The position numbers and the translations under genes are program-made. From Chloroflexota bacterium (lineage in GTDB: Bacteria > Chloroflexota > UBA11872 > VXOZ01), in contig OY760183.1 in assembly GCA_963663275.1 (NCBI GenBank), positions 544,001 to 608,000 of the forward strand: DNA of 64,000 nucleotides. The letters run 5' to 3'. Positions 28,764 through 39,034 of the stretch are shown in pieces. Position 1 is the first letter of the stretch, and the number at the start of each line of letters is the position of its first letter. The notes beneath the pieces are model-generated. The model searched no databases and was not told the DNA's origin. It saw nothing but the letters and a program-made list of their open reading frames with translations.

Positions 28764-29654
28764 ATGCGACTGAGCCAACAAACAGCCATCGTCACCGGCG
28801 CCGCGCACAACATCGGCCGCGCCATCGCAAGGCGTTTCGCCGCCGAGGGCGCGCGCGTCCTGATTGCCGACATCCAAGACGAAGCCGGCGAGGCGGTGGC
28901 GGCGTCGATCCGCCAGAGCGGCGGTGAGGCGTCCTTCTTCCATGCCGACGTGGGCACGCTGGACGGCAATCGCGGCATGGTGGAGGCGGCCGTCGAAAGA
29001 TACGGCGGCGTCACCATTCTGGTAAACAACGCGCATTGGGAACGGCGCGGTTCGATTGAAGAACTGAGCGAGGAAGACTGGGACGCCAGCTTTGCCGTGC
29101 TGCTCAAAGCGCCGTTTCTGGCGAGCAAGTACGCCGTGCCCCACATGCGCGCGGCGGGCGGCGGCGCGATTCTCAACCTTAGCTCGGTGCACGGCTTCCA
29201 GGTAAGCCCCGGCTACCCCACGTACGAGACCGCCAAGGCAGCGCTCATCCAGCTTACCAAGCAGATGGCGCTTGACTTGGGCGCGGACGGCATCCGCGTC
29301 AACGCGATCGCCCCGGGCGCCATTCCGTCTGACGAGATGCGGGAAGAGAACGCCGGCGATCCGACCTGGCGCGAGCGCAACATTCTCTGGAACATCCTGC
29401 CCACCGTTGGGCGCGCCGAGGACATCGCGCAGGGGGCGCTCTATCTCTGCTCGGCGGAGGCGCGATTCGTTACCGGCCACACCTTGCTCATAGACGGCGG
29501 CTTCCTGCTCGGCTTCAAGGGCCTGGGCGGCACGCGCGCGCAAGAGTTTCTGCAACGCCATCCGGAACTCATGGACTACGACCTCTCCCGTCCGCTGGGG
29601 CCGGGGGCGGTTGACAAAACGCCTAAAGCACAGAGCGGCGATGCCGCGGAGTAG
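28764..29654 (+). CDS. Short-chain dehydrogenase/reductase
   Basis: TGAAHNIG, NNA, YETAK catalytic motif, VNAIAPG. Confidence 0.92.
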   Translation: MRLSQQTAIVTGAAHNIGRAIARRFAAEGARVLIADIQDEAGEAVAASIRQSGGEASFFHADVGTLDGNRGMVEAAVERYGGVTILVNNAHWERRGSIEELSEEDWDASFAVLLKAPFLASKYAVPHMRAAGGGAILNLSSVHGFQVSPGYPTYETAKAALIQLTKQMALDLGADGIRVNAIAPGAIPSDEMREENAGDPTWRERNILWNILPTVGRAEDIAQGALYLCSAEARFVTGHTLLIDGGFLLGFKGLGGTRAQEFLQRHPELMDYDLSRPLGPGAVDKTPKAQSGDAAE

Positions 29655-29744
29655 CCCGCCGCGCGGTTGCGCTGATACCCGCGTGCCGACGCGCGCGCTT
29701 TCGCTGTCTTCGATAAAGCCGGCGCAGAGAAAGGACGCTTGCGC

Positions 29745-30557
29745 ATGAATACCGACGCCAGTCCCGTGCTGATTGCCGACGGCTTTGGCTTTCCCGAAGG
29801 CCCTTCATTCGACCGCGACGGCAATCTCTACGTCATGGAGTGCGACGCCGGGCGCATCAGCAAAGTAACCCAGGATGGGCACGTGGAAATCTTTGCCGAG
29901 ACCGGCGGCGTGCCGTGCGGCTCGCGCCTGCGCCAGGACGGCCACCTGATCGTGGCGGAGAACGGCCTGGCGCAAATCCTCGACCTTGCCCCGGACGGCA
30001 CGTGGTCGGTGGTGGCGGAGTCGTTCAACAACAAGCCCTTTCGCGGCCCCAACGACCTCATTCTCGATAGCTGCGGCAACTGCTACTTCACCGATCCCAA
30101 AGGCTCCACCCTGGAGAAGCCGGTGGGGCGCGTCTTCCGCGTGGGCGCGGACGGCGCGATTTCGGTCTTTGCCGTGGGCCTGGCCTTCCCCAACGGCATC
30201 TGCCTCTCCGCCGATGAAACGACGCTCTACGTGGCGGAGACCTTCACCCGCCGCATCCACGCCTTTTCGCTAAAGCCGGACGGCAGCGCCAACCAGCGCA
30301 GCCTCTTCGCCCAGATGGAAGGCGGCGTGGGGCCCGACGGCATGGACTTTGGCGCGGACGGCAACCTCTACGTCGCCCACTACGGCAAAGGCGCGATAGC
30401 CGTGATTGCGCCCACCGGCGAGGTGATTGCGGAACTGCCGACGCCCGGCAAGAATCCCACCAACGTGGCCTTCTGGGAAGACTCGCTCTACGTGACGGAA
30501 ACCGAGACCGGCGCGGTCTACCGGCTGGACGTCGGCGTGGCCGGCCAGCCGCTCTAG
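29745..30557 (+). CDS. SMP-30/gluconolactonase family protein
   Basis: FPEGP, PND, FPNG, PDGM motifs. Confidence 0.92.
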   Translation: MNTDASPVLIADGFGFPEGPSFDRDGNLYVMECDAGRISKVTQDGHVEIFAETGGVPCGSRLRQDGHLIVAENGLAQILDLAPDGTWSVVAESFNNKPFRGPNDLILDSCGNCYFTDPKGSTLEKPVGRVFRVGADGAISVFAVGLAFPNGICLSADETTLYVAETFTRRIHAFSLKPDGSANQRSLFAQMEGGVGPDGMDFGADGNLYVAHYGKGAIAVIAPTGEVIAELPTPGKNPTNVAFWEDSLYVTETETGAVYRLDVGVAGQPL

Positions 30558-30576
30558 GGCCGCGCCAGGCAGACTC

Positions 30577-31791
30577 ATGACCCGCAAGCAACTCGACGCC
30601 GCCTTCATCGGCGGGCCGCAGTACGACACGCTCTACGAGCGCCTGCCGCAATTCGAGCGCGAGACCGGCTACACGGTCAACGTGCGTGAGCAACTGCCGC
30701 ATCCGGCCTTGAACGCGCACATAGACGAGGTGTACGGCGGCGGCGCGGCCCGCTACGACGTTATTTCAACGCACGTCAAGTACGCCCCGGCGCAACAAGC
30801 GTGGCTGCTGCCGCTCGATGCGCACTTCTCCGAGGCCGAGCTTGCGGATTACTCGCCCGCGTTGCTCAAGCTCGCGCGGGTCGAGGGCGCGCTGCTGCAA
30901 GTCCCGCGCAACGTGGACGCCCGCCTGCTCTTCTACCGCCGCGACCTGCTGGAAGACCCGGCGGAACAGGAGCGCTTTCAGCGCCAGTACGGCCGGCCGC
31001 TGCTCGTACCGCGGACGTGGGACGAGTTGCGGGACGTCGCCACGTTCTTCACCCGTCCACCGGACCTTTTTGGCTTTGCCTTTCCCGGCCATTCGTCGGG
31101 CTTGTTCGGCACGTTCTTCGAGTTGGCGGCGATGGCGGGCGGTGTTCTGTTCGACGAGCGGCTCGAACCCGCTTTCAATACGTCCGCCGGCCGGTGGGCG
31201 CTGGGTTTCCTGGCCGACCTCTACCAGCAGGGCCTCACGCCGCGCGACCTGGCGGCAACCTATTTCGACGAAGTCTCGCAACTCTTCCGCGACGGCAAGT
31301 GCGCCCTGGCCGCCGATTGGCCCGCCTACTACGGCCTGCTGATCGACCCGCACACCAGCGCGGTGGCGGACACATTCGGCGCGGCGCTCTATCCGCTGGG
31401 GCCGGTCGGCGCGCGCGCCGTCTACGCGGGCGGCCACTCGTTTGCCGTTCCCGCGTCGGTGAAGGATCTGGCGGGCGCGCTGGCGTTGGTGCGCTTCCTC
31501 ACCTCTCCGGAGAGCCAATACCTGGAGGCGCGGCACGGGGCAATCGTCCCGCGAAGCGCGGTGATGGCGCGCCTCCGCAACGAAACGCCTCCCGACACCG
31601 TGCACGCGCAGCGCCTGGCGCTTCTGGAAGAGACTATCCAAAACCACATGCTGACCTTTCCGCAGTTCGGCGCGTACCCGCGAGTGGAGGAAGTCTGCGC
31701 CGAGACGCTGCAAGCCGCGATTCGGGGTCAGGTGATGCTGCCCCGGGCGCTGGAGTACATGGAGGAGCAAACGCGCGCGCTGCTGGCGTGA
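30577..31791 (+). CDS. Sugar-binding-type ABC substrate-binding protein without a signal peptide
   Basis: LFYRRDLL, PRTWDEL motifs; polar N-terminus. Confidence 0.8.
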   Translation: MTRKQLDAAFIGGPQYDTLYERLPQFERETGYTVNVREQLPHPALNAHIDEVYGGGAARYDVISTHVKYAPAQQAWLLPLDAHFSEAELADYSPALLKLARVEGALLQVPRNVDARLLFYRRDLLEDPAEQERFQRQYGRPLLVPRTWDELRDVATFFTRPPDLFGFAFPGHSSGLFGTFFELAAMAGGVLFDERLEPAFNTSAGRWALGFLADLYQQGLTPRDLAATYFDEVSQLFRDGKCALAADWPAYYGLLIDPHTSAVADTFGAALYPLGPVGARAVYAGGHSFAVPASVKDLAGALALVRFLTSPESQYLEARHGAIVPRSAVMARLRNETPPDTVHAQRLALLEETIQNHMLTFPQFGAYPRVEEVCAETLQAAIRGQVMLPRALEYMEEQTRALLA

Positions 31792-31923
31792 GACCGCGGT
31801 GGGCGTGGTATCATACTTGCGCAATGAAGAGTGCGCAGAAGGCCGTTTTGGCACGGTGTGTCATTCCGACATAGCGCGTTATTCCGGTGTCACTGATCGT
31901 TTGCTGTCATTCTCGTTGCCTTA

Positions 31924-31998
31924 CCGTCATTCCGGCGCAAGCCGGAATCCAGGGCGCGCGCGGCAAAGATGGATTCCGGCTTGCGCCGGAATGACGGA
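31924..31998. repeat. GTCATTCCGG REP-like hairpin pair
   Basis: CCGTCATTCCGGCGCAAGCCGGAATCCA..TGGATTCCGGCTTGCGCCGGAATGACGG. Confidence 0.8.
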
Positions 31999-32175
31999 GC
32001 CCGCCTTGCTTGTGCTCACCTTTATGACGGACAGTGTGGCCGGGAATGACGCAGGTAGTCGTTCTCCCTCCATGGTGAAAACAGCGGCCGGCGCTCTACC
32101 TTTATGTTAGTGGTCGATTTGTTCGATTGCGGTCAATGTGGAGACGGCGCGTAGTCTTTGAAGAAAGGAATTGCC

Positions 32176-33027
32176 ATGGCAGACATCAAAGTAGGCGTGC
32201 GGCTCATTTGCTTACACACGCCGGGGCCGGCGGGCCTGGAAACGGCGGCGGAGATTGGGTCCGACAGCGTGCAGTTGACGGTTGGACACGGCGAGTACAG
32301 TCCCGAGGAGCTCGATGCGGCGGGAATCAAGGAAGTGCAGCAGCGCGTGTCAGACTTGGGCATGGTGATTTCGGCAACCGACGGCGGCCTGGACGACTTT
32401 GGAGATGCCGACACGATGGCTGAGCGGTTGGACCAAACCAGGCGCCTGCTCGACCACACCCGCGCTCTCGGCGCCCCGGCGCTCACCAGCCACATCGGCA
32501 TCGTACCCAAAGACGCCAATGCGCCCCGGTGGCAGGTCTTCCGTGAAGCCATGGAAGCCGTTGGCACGCATGCGGAGCAAACGGGCATGTACTTCGGTAT
32601 CGAAACCGGCCCTGAGCCCGCGTCCGTGCTGCTGGATCTCATTAACTCAATCGACACCAATGGCATCAAGATAAACCTCGACCCGGCCAACTTCATCACG
32701 TGGGCGGCGCGCATTGCCAAACAGGAGGGCCGCCCCTACGACCGCGCGGAAGCGTTTGCCGAGTCCGATCCCCATGAAGCGGTCTACATCCTGCGGGACC
32801 ACATCATCCATACCCACATCAAGGATTCCGCCGTGAAGGACGACTCCGGCCGCCATGAAACACCCGTAGGCCAGGGCTGGATCGACTGGCCGCGCTACCT
32901 GAAGTCGTACCGGGACATCGGCTTCACGGGCTACCACTGCATCGAGCGCGAGGCCGGCGAGAACCGCGTGGAGGAAACCCGCGAGGCCATCGCCTTCGTG
33001 CGCCGGATCTGGCAGCAATTGGACTAG
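32176..33027 (+). CDS. Sugar-phosphate isomerase/epimerase (xylose isomerase-like TIM barrel)
   Basis: IETG, NLDPAN, HIKD, IERE motifs. Confidence 0.88.
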   Translation: MADIKVGVRLICLHTPGPAGLETAAEIGSDSVQLTVGHGEYSPEELDAAGIKEVQQRVSDLGMVISATDGGLDDFGDADTMAERLDQTRRLLDHTRALGAPALTSHIGIVPKDANAPRWQVFREAMEAVGTHAEQTGMYFGIETGPEPASVLLDLINSIDTNGIKINLDPANFITWAARIAKQEGRPYDRAEAFAESDPHEAVYILRDHIIHTHIKDSAVKDDSGRHETPVGQGWIDWPRYLKSYRDIGFTGYHCIEREAGENRVEETREAIAFVRRIWQQLD

Positions 33028-33039
33028 CAGTCGCGTTGC

Positions 33040-34533
33040 ATGAACGTACTCACGGCGATACTGGCGCTGGGCGGCGCCGCCGGGCTGACGCTGCTGCTGA
33101 GCGCGGCCTTGCGCCGCCTCTTTCCCGGCTTCACCTCCCGCCACGTCAAGCCGGTGGTGCAGAGCAAAGACCACGAAGACCTGCCCAGCCTGCGCCTGCC
33201 CAACGTCGGCGGCATCGCGCTGGTCGTGGCGCTCTGGTGCGTCGGCGGCGTCTGGTGGCTCGCGCGGGGCGAGGTGAGCGTACCCATGCTGCCGCTCATC
33301 GCGCTGACCACGCTCTTCTTCGGGCTGGGCTTCATCGACGACTGGCTCAAGTGGCGGCGGGGCAGCGGCATCGGCGAGCGCGCCTACCTGCTCGGCCACG
33401 CCGGCGCCGCCTTGGCGACCGTGGCGGCGCTCTACTGGTGGCCGGGCGGCTTCGGGCAGGCCGCCGCCCAGGGCGGCAGAGTGCTGCTAGCCCTCAACCT
33501 GGCCGGCGGCCTGGGTCTTGGCTTGACCCTCTGCTGGCTCTTCGCGCTCACCTTCGGCACGGCCTTCTCGGTGGCCGTGAGCGACGGCATCGACGGCCTG
33601 ACCGCGGGCATGGCGACAATCGCCGGCGGCGGCATGGTGGTCGCGCTCTTCATTCGCGCGGCCGACGGCGCGTTGCTTGCCTTCGGCGCGGCCCTCCTGG
33701 GCGGCAGCATCGGACTGCTGCTCCTCAACCAACCCTCCGGCTGGTCATCCACCGGCAGCGTGCGGCGGCGGGCGCGCATCTACCTGGGCGATAGCGGCGC
33801 GGTGGCGTTGGGCGGCGCGTTCGCCGCCCTGGCGCTCTTCAGCGGCTCGGACGCGGTCTGGCTCTTCATCGGCGGCGTCTTTCTGCTGGACGGCGGTTCC
33901 GGCTTCGTGCAGGCCAAAGTGGTCACGCCCTTCTGCCGCCGCTTCCTGCGCCTGCGGCGCTACGCCGGCACAAGCCACTTCGTGCCCCATACCGAGTTTC
34001 CCCTGCCGTTCACGGCCACGCCGCTGCACCACCACTTCGAGATGCTGGGCATCGGCCGGCTGCGCGTGGTGTGGCTCTTCTGGGCGGCCGGCGTCCTGGC
34101 GGCGGTCAGCGGCGTCGCGGTGGCCTCGTTCCCATCGTTCCACCTGGCGCCGGTGGGCGGCGCGCTGCTGCTCTACGCCGTCCTGATCGGCAGCGCGACC
34201 TGGACGGCGGGGCGCTTTCTCGGCGTGGTGAAAGCGGCGGACGGCTCAGAGGCGCTGGCCGTCTGCGGCGGCCGGCCCTACACGCTCTTTGGCAAGCCGC
34301 TCTACCGGGTGGTGGAAATGACCGCCACGCCGCCGCCGTCTCCACGGGAGCGTCACGCGCTCGCCCTCTGGCAGCCCCGCAACCGCTGGGACGCGCTGGC
34401 AAACCTGGCCTACGCCCAAATCCTGGCGGGCGAACGGGAATCAGCGCAAGAGACGTGGCAGCGCATCCCGGATGCCAGCCGCGCGTTGCGCGCCGGGCAT
34501 CCGGCCGCGGCGGCGCTGGACGGACGCGCGTAA
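33040..34533 (+). CDS. MraY-like polyprenyl-phosphate transferase (glycosyltransferase family 4)
   Basis: PNVGG, GFIDD, DGIDGL, YLGDSG, PLHHHFE motifs; many TM segments. Confidence 0.8.
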   Translation: MNVLTAILALGGAAGLTLLLSAALRRLFPGFTSRHVKPVVQSKDHEDLPSLRLPNVGGIALVVALWCVGGVWWLARGEVSVPMLPLIALTTLFFGLGFIDDWLKWRRGSGIGERAYLLGHAGAALATVAALYWWPGGFGQAAAQGGRVLLALNLAGGLGLGLTLCWLFALTFGTAFSVAVSDGIDGLTAGMATIAGGGMVVALFIRAADGALLAFGAALLGGSIGLLLLNQPSGWSSTGSVRRRARIYLGDSGAVALGGAFAALALFSGSDAVWLFIGGVFLLDGGSGFVQAKVVTPFCRRFLRLRRYAGTSHFVPHTEFPLPFTATPLHHHFEMLGIGRLRVVWLFWAAGVLAAVSGVAVASFPSFHLAPVGGALLLYAVLIGSATWTAGRFLGVVKAADGSEALAVCGGRPYTLFGKPLYRVVEMTATPPPSPRERHALALWQPRNRWDALANLAYAQILAGERESAQETWQRIPDASRALRAGHPAAAALDGRA

Positions 34534-34699
34534 CGGTTTGTCGCGCCGCAGCGCGCTGCGGCTCGTCCGCCGCGTTGCGCGCAAGAGGCTGCGGACCGTA
34601 GACGATCTGGGATAGTTGTCTAGCTGCCTAATATCGCGGATGGTGGTATCATACCCACGAGGTCGCGAACATGGGGCTACTGCTGCAAGGAGGTTAGCC

Positions 34700-35380
34700 A
34701 TGAGAATACGGAGCATAAACGGGCTTGCGGGTTTTGCGCTGATTGTCGGGCCGGTGGTGACCGTGGTCGCCTTTCTCTTCCAGCCGGGCGGCATGCTCAT
34801 CGCCAGCGCCGAGGCCAGCGACGCCGCGGGCTCGATCGCGGCCCTGGTGGAGAACCGCGCGCTCGCCAACTTCACGTCGCTCATCGTGGCCGCGTGCCTG
34901 ACCTTGACGCTCTTCGGCTATCACATTCTGCTGGGAGGCGTCAGAGGCGGCGGCATCGGCAGAGTGTCGGCGCACTTCGGCTATCTGATGCTCACGGTCG
35001 GCGTCTTTGGCTGGATTCTGATGCAGGGCCTGGAACTCGGCATGACGCACGAGACCGCCCAGCCCGCCACCGCGATCTTCGCCGTGCAGTTCAGCATGGG
35101 CCTGATTGCGGGCCTAGCGGTTGCCCTGGGCTTCCTGCTGCTGAGCCTCGGCCTGCCCACCCGCGAAGGCTACGGCAGACCGGTGGCGCTGGCAATCACG
35201 GTCGTTTCCGTAATCGCTATCGCGAGCCAGGTCGTGGGCATCAGCGATCCCGGCCTGTACGACTCCATGGTGACGGTCACGCGCGCGTGCTACTTCCTCT
35301 GGGTAGCCTGGAGCGCATACCTCGGCGTGCAACTCTTCAAGCAGAGCGAGTTCAGCGCCGACACCGGCGAGAATGACTGA
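34700..35380 (+). CDS. Hypothetical multi-pass membrane protein
   Basis: AAGGAGG RBS; about six hydrophobic segments. Confidence 0.75.
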   Translation: MRIRSINGLAGFALIVGPVVTVVAFLFQPGGMLIASAEASDAAGSIAALVENRALANFTSLIVAACLTLTLFGYHILLGGVRGGGIGRVSAHFGYLMLTVGVFGWILMQGLELGMTHETAQPATAIFAVQFSMGLIAGLAVALGFLLLSLGLPTREGYGRPVALAITVVSVIAIASQVVGISDPGLYDSMVTVTRACYFLWVAWSAYLGVQLFKQSEFSADTGEND

Positions 35381-35425
35381 GCGCGCCTCTTATCCCCTCT
35401 CCCCGGGGAGACCTTTTTCCTTGGG

Positions 35426-35566
35426 GAGACCTTTGCATAACCCCTTCCCCATTGAGGGGGAAGGCCGGGATGGGGGTGAAAAGGCTTGACGGCAAGCAAT
35501 TCAAAAGGGTAAAGGCGCCTCTGGATTCCGGTTTTCACCGGAATGACAGAGTTATGCAAAGGTCTC
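35426..35566. mobile_element. MITE family B
   Basis: Perfect 16-bp ends GAGACCTTTGCATAAC/GTTATGCAAAGGTCTC; flanks TTGGG/CTGGG. Confidence 0.8.
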
Positions 35567-35696
35567 CTGGGGGAGAGGGTGAGGGGAGATTTCCCGGCAA
35601 CCCATACCCACGTCTTGCCAAACGGGGCGGAACCGGCGAAGATCCCCCTCACCCCGGCCCTCTCCCCCAGGGAGAGGGAGACTTCCCGGGTGAGAG

Positions 35697-35842
35697 CTGA
35701 CAGGGGTAGGCATTCTACATCCGACTTCACGTGTCATTCCGAGCGGAGCGCAGCGGAGAGAGGAATCTAAGGCTTTCGCTGCAAGAATGTCTATTCTAGA
35801 TTCCTCGCTCCGCTCGGAATGACACTTACCTACCCCTGTCAG
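35697..35842. mobile_element. MITE family A, copy 3
   Basis: CTGACAGGGGTAGG ends; exact 11-bp direct repeat CCGGGTGAGAG. Confidence 0.88.
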
Positions 35843-35979
35843 CCGGGTGAGAGGGAGGCTTTCCCAAGAGAGGGAGACTCTCCCAAGTGAGAGGAAGACT
35901 TTTCGAGGGAAAGGGAGGCTTCCCGCCTGCCGGGCCCGGTTACGCATAAGGTTTCCACCAGGAAGAGGGGCCGAGGCGA

Positions 35980-37428
35980 ATGCGAAGCGCGGTGACCGGC
36001 GGGACACGGGCGGCGCGGGTGCGGCGGTTGCCCGAAGCCATAACGCCCCATGACGCGGCGCCGGCGTTCGGCCACCTGCCGGGTCTCGCCCTGCTGGAGA
36101 GCAGCCAAACGGGCGCGCAGGGGCGCTACTCGTATCTCACGGCGGATCCTTTTCTGCGGGTCGAGAGCACGGGCGACCGCGTCACCCTGCGCTGGCGCGA
36201 CCGGAATCCGCCAAGCGAAACGCGGTACGGCCAGCCTTTCGCGGCGCTGCGCGGCCTGCTAGCGGAGTACGCGCAGCCGTCCGCGCCGGAAGGCCCGCCT
36301 TTTCAAGGTGGCGCGCTTGGCGTCTTTGGCTACGACCTGGGGCGCCAGCTTGAAGTCCTGCCGTCGTACGCGCCCCGGGACGTGCCTACCCCCGAAATGA
36401 GCCTGGGATTCTACGACTGGGCGCTGGCGCACGACCACCACACGCATACCTCCTGGCTGGTGACCACCGGCCTGCCGGAGCGCGCGGACGCAGCAGCAGC
36501 CGCGCGGCAGGCGCAAATCACCGACATCCTGACCGCCTGGCAGGCGCGCAACGGCGAGCGCGAGGACGCGCTTGCGGACTTCCGCCTTACGAGCCCGCTG
36601 GATGCCAACGTGACGCGCGCCCGGTACCTGGACATGGTGCGGCGCGCACAGGCCTACATCGCGGCCGGCGACGTCTATCAGGTGAACCTCTCGCAGCGCT
36701 TCAGCGCCAGCTGGGAAGGCTCGCCCTGGACGCTCTACCGGCGTCTGCGGCAGGAAAGTCCGGTGCCGTTTGGGGCGTATCTCGACCTGGGCGGCGCGTG
36801 GGTCGTGTCCGCCTCGCCGGAGCGGTTTCTCCGGGTGCGCCATGGCGCGGTGGAGACGCGCCCCATCAAGGGCACCCGCCCGCGCGGACACACTGCCGCT
36901 CAGGACACCGCGCTGGCGCGGGAGTTGCAAGCCAGCGAAAAAGACCGCGCCGAAAACCTGATGATCGTAGACCTGCTGCGCAATGACCTGGGGAAAGTCT
37001 GCCGGCTTGGCTCCATCCGCGTACCCGCGCTCTGGCAGATCGAGGGCTACAGCAACGTTTGGCAACTGGTCAGCGCGGTTACGGGCGAACTGCGCCCGGA
37101 TGCCGACGCCGTGTCCGCCCTGGAAGCCGCGTTTCCCGGCGGCTCGGTGACCGGCTGCCCCAAGATCCGGGCGATGGAGATCATCGAGGAACTGGAACCG
37201 GCGCGGCGCGGCTTCTACTGCGGCGCGCTCGGCTACATTGGGTTCGACGGCGCGATGGATACCAGCATCGTGATCCGCACGGTCGTGCTCACCCGCGACC
37301 GCCTCTACGCCCAAGTTGGCGGCGCGGTGGTGGCCGATTCCGAGCCGGCAGCCGAGTATGAGGAAACCCTGGTGAAAGCCCAGGCCGCGCAACAGGCGCT
37401 GGAAAGCGCCGCCTCCACACACCCGTAG
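35980..37428 (+). CDS. pabB: Aminodeoxychorismate synthase component I
   Basis: GRYS, YQVNLSQR, SPERF, PIKGTRPR, AENLMIVDLLRND, FPGGSVTGCPK. Confidence 0.92.
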   Translation: MRSAVTGGTRAARVRRLPEAITPHDAAPAFGHLPGLALLESSQTGAQGRYSYLTADPFLRVESTGDRVTLRWRDRNPPSETRYGQPFAALRGLLAEYAQPSAPEGPPFQGGALGVFGYDLGRQLEVLPSYAPRDVPTPEMSLGFYDWALAHDHHTHTSWLVTTGLPERADAAAAARQAQITDILTAWQARNGEREDALADFRLTSPLDANVTRARYLDMVRRAQAYIAAGDVYQVNLSQRFSASWEGSPWTLYRRLRQESPVPFGAYLDLGGAWVVSASPERFLRVRHGAVETRPIKGTRPRGHTAAQDTALARELQASEKDRAENLMIVDLLRNDLGKVCRLGSIRVPALWQIEGYSNVWQLVSAVTGELRPDADAVSALEAAFPGGSVTGCPKIRAMEIIEELEPARRGFYCGALGYIGFDGAMDTSIVIRTVVLTRDRLYAQVGGAVVADSEPAAEYEETLVKAQAAQQALESAASTHP

Positions 37429-37573
37429 CGCGGGGGCTTGTCCCCCGCCTCCGAATTTCCGCTTGTGCCATCATGTTTGCAACGATTGGGGCGGTTCGCG
37501 AACCGCCCCTACGGGGATGGTTTGACGTTTTCCCGGGAATGGCGGCACGACCTGAAACTGGTTGACCATTACG

Positions 37574-38467
37574 ATGGCGAATACATCTACCGGCGGCGAA
37601 CCGGTCTGCTACGTAAACGGACGCCTCGCGCCGGAGCGCTCCGGCGCGGTCTCGGCGCTCGACCGCGGCCTGCTGCTCGGCGACGGCATCTTCGAGACCA
37701 TGCGCGTCACGGGCGGCCGCATCCTGCAATGGCGGCGGCACTGGGAGCGCCTGCAACACGGCGCGGGCGCCATCGGCCTCGCCCTGCCCTGGACGGCAGA
37801 CGACTTACACGCGGCGGTGGAACAGACCCTGCGCGCCAATAATCTGCGCGAGGCGACCGTGCGCCTCACCGTCACCCGGGGTTTCGCGCCCGCCGCGCGC
37901 GGCCTGCCGCCCCCCGCCGATGCCGTGCCTACGCTCCTGATTCGCGCCACGCCGTTCATGCCCTACCCGGAACACCTCTACCGCGACGGGATGTGGGTGA
38001 TCGTCAGCCGCCGGGTGCGCCGCAACGAGCGCTCGCCCCTCGCCCGCGTCAAGTCGCTGTGCTACCTGGATAACGTCATCGCGCGCCAGGAAGCGGCGGA
38101 ACGCGGCGCGGACGAGGCGCTGCTGCTGAACACGCGGGACGGCGCGGCGTGCGCGACCACCGCCAATGTCTTCAGCGTGCGGGCCGGCCGCTTGCGCACG
38201 CCGCCAGTGGCGGCCGGCGCGCTGCCGGGCACGGTGCGCGCCCTGGTGCGCGCGGAACTGGCGCCGCAACTTCACCGTCCGGTCGCCGCCGCGCCGCTAA
38301 GCGAGACGGACCTGCATGAATCCGACGAACTCTTCCTCACCAACGCCCTGATGGGCATCATGCCGGTCTGCGCGATAGACGGCCGGCCAATCGGCGGCGG
38401 CCAACCCGGGCCGCTGACGCAGGCTCTCCGCGATGCGTACCAAGCATGGCTGTCGTCGTGCCGTTGA
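37574..38467 (+). CDS. pabC: Class IV aminotransferase / aminodeoxychorismate lyase
   Basis: DRGLLLGDGIFET, KSL, LPGTVR, DELFLTN; directly follows pabB. Confidence 0.75.
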   Translation: MANTSTGGEPVCYVNGRLAPERSGAVSALDRGLLLGDGIFETMRVTGGRILQWRRHWERLQHGAGAIGLALPWTADDLHAAVEQTLRANNLREATVRLTVTRGFAPAARGLPPPADAVPTLLIRATPFMPYPEHLYRDGMWVIVSRRVRRNERSPLARVKSLCYLDNVIARQEAAERGADEALLLNTRDGAACATTANVFSVRAGRLRTPPVAAGALPGTVRALVRAELAPQLHRPVAAAPLSETDLHESDELFLTNALMGIMPVCAIDGRPIGGGQPGPLTQALRDAYQAWLSSCR

Positions 38468-38641
38468 AAGACGCCATCCCCATCCCACCCGTAGGGGCAA
38501 CCCTTGTGGTTGCCCAACGTGGTTGCCGAACCGGGGTGCATTCTGGTTGCCGAACCCGGCGCGAAAGGGGGTGACAACGGGGGGTATTGGCTGCTATACT
38601 GGGATTAAGGGAAGCGCATACCTGCTTGCTGCCTGATTTAT

Positions 38642-38725
38642 GGGTCGGTGGGCGAGCGGTCAAAACCACCAGACTGTAAATCTGGCGCCGTAATGGCTAC
38701 GGAGGTTCGAATCCTCCCCGGCCCA
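38642..38725 (+). tRNA. tRNA-Tyr(GTA)
   Basis: GGGTCGG/CCGGCCC acceptor, CCAGA-CTGTAAA-TCTGG anticodon arm, long variable arm, GGTTCGAATCC; full CCA not encoded. Confidence 0.95.
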
Positions 38726-38759
38726 CCGCGATTGTTCTCCGCGTTATAGAGAACGCATT

Positions 38760-38837
38760 GGTCCCGTGGTGTAGTTGGCCTAACACACGGCCCTGTCAAG
38801 GCTGAGATCGCCGGTTCGAATCCGGTCGGGACCGCCA
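38760..38837 (+). tRNA. tRNA-Asp(GTC)
   Basis: GGTCCCG/CGGGACC acceptor, CTGTCAA loop, GGTTCGAATCC, encoded CCA. Confidence 0.96.
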
Positions 38838-38946
38838 CCTAACCACCAAAGCCCGGGGCGGCGGCAATCGCCGCGCGGCAACACACCAGAGGATCGTGCA
38901 TGGCACTATCCTCCGATTTGCTTAAAGAACCGGTAAGGACATAGAA

Positions 38947-38976
38947 GAAGCCGCGGGCGGAAACGCCCGCGGCTTC
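38947..38976. terminator. Hairpin between convergent transcription units
   Basis: GAAGCCGCGGGCG-GAAA-CGCCCGCGGCTTC perfect stem. Confidence 0.7.
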
Positions 38977-39034
38977 TCAGCATTTTCGTATCCGCGCCCA
39001 ACGGCGCTGGCAGTCAGGCGGCAGCGCTGCTTGG

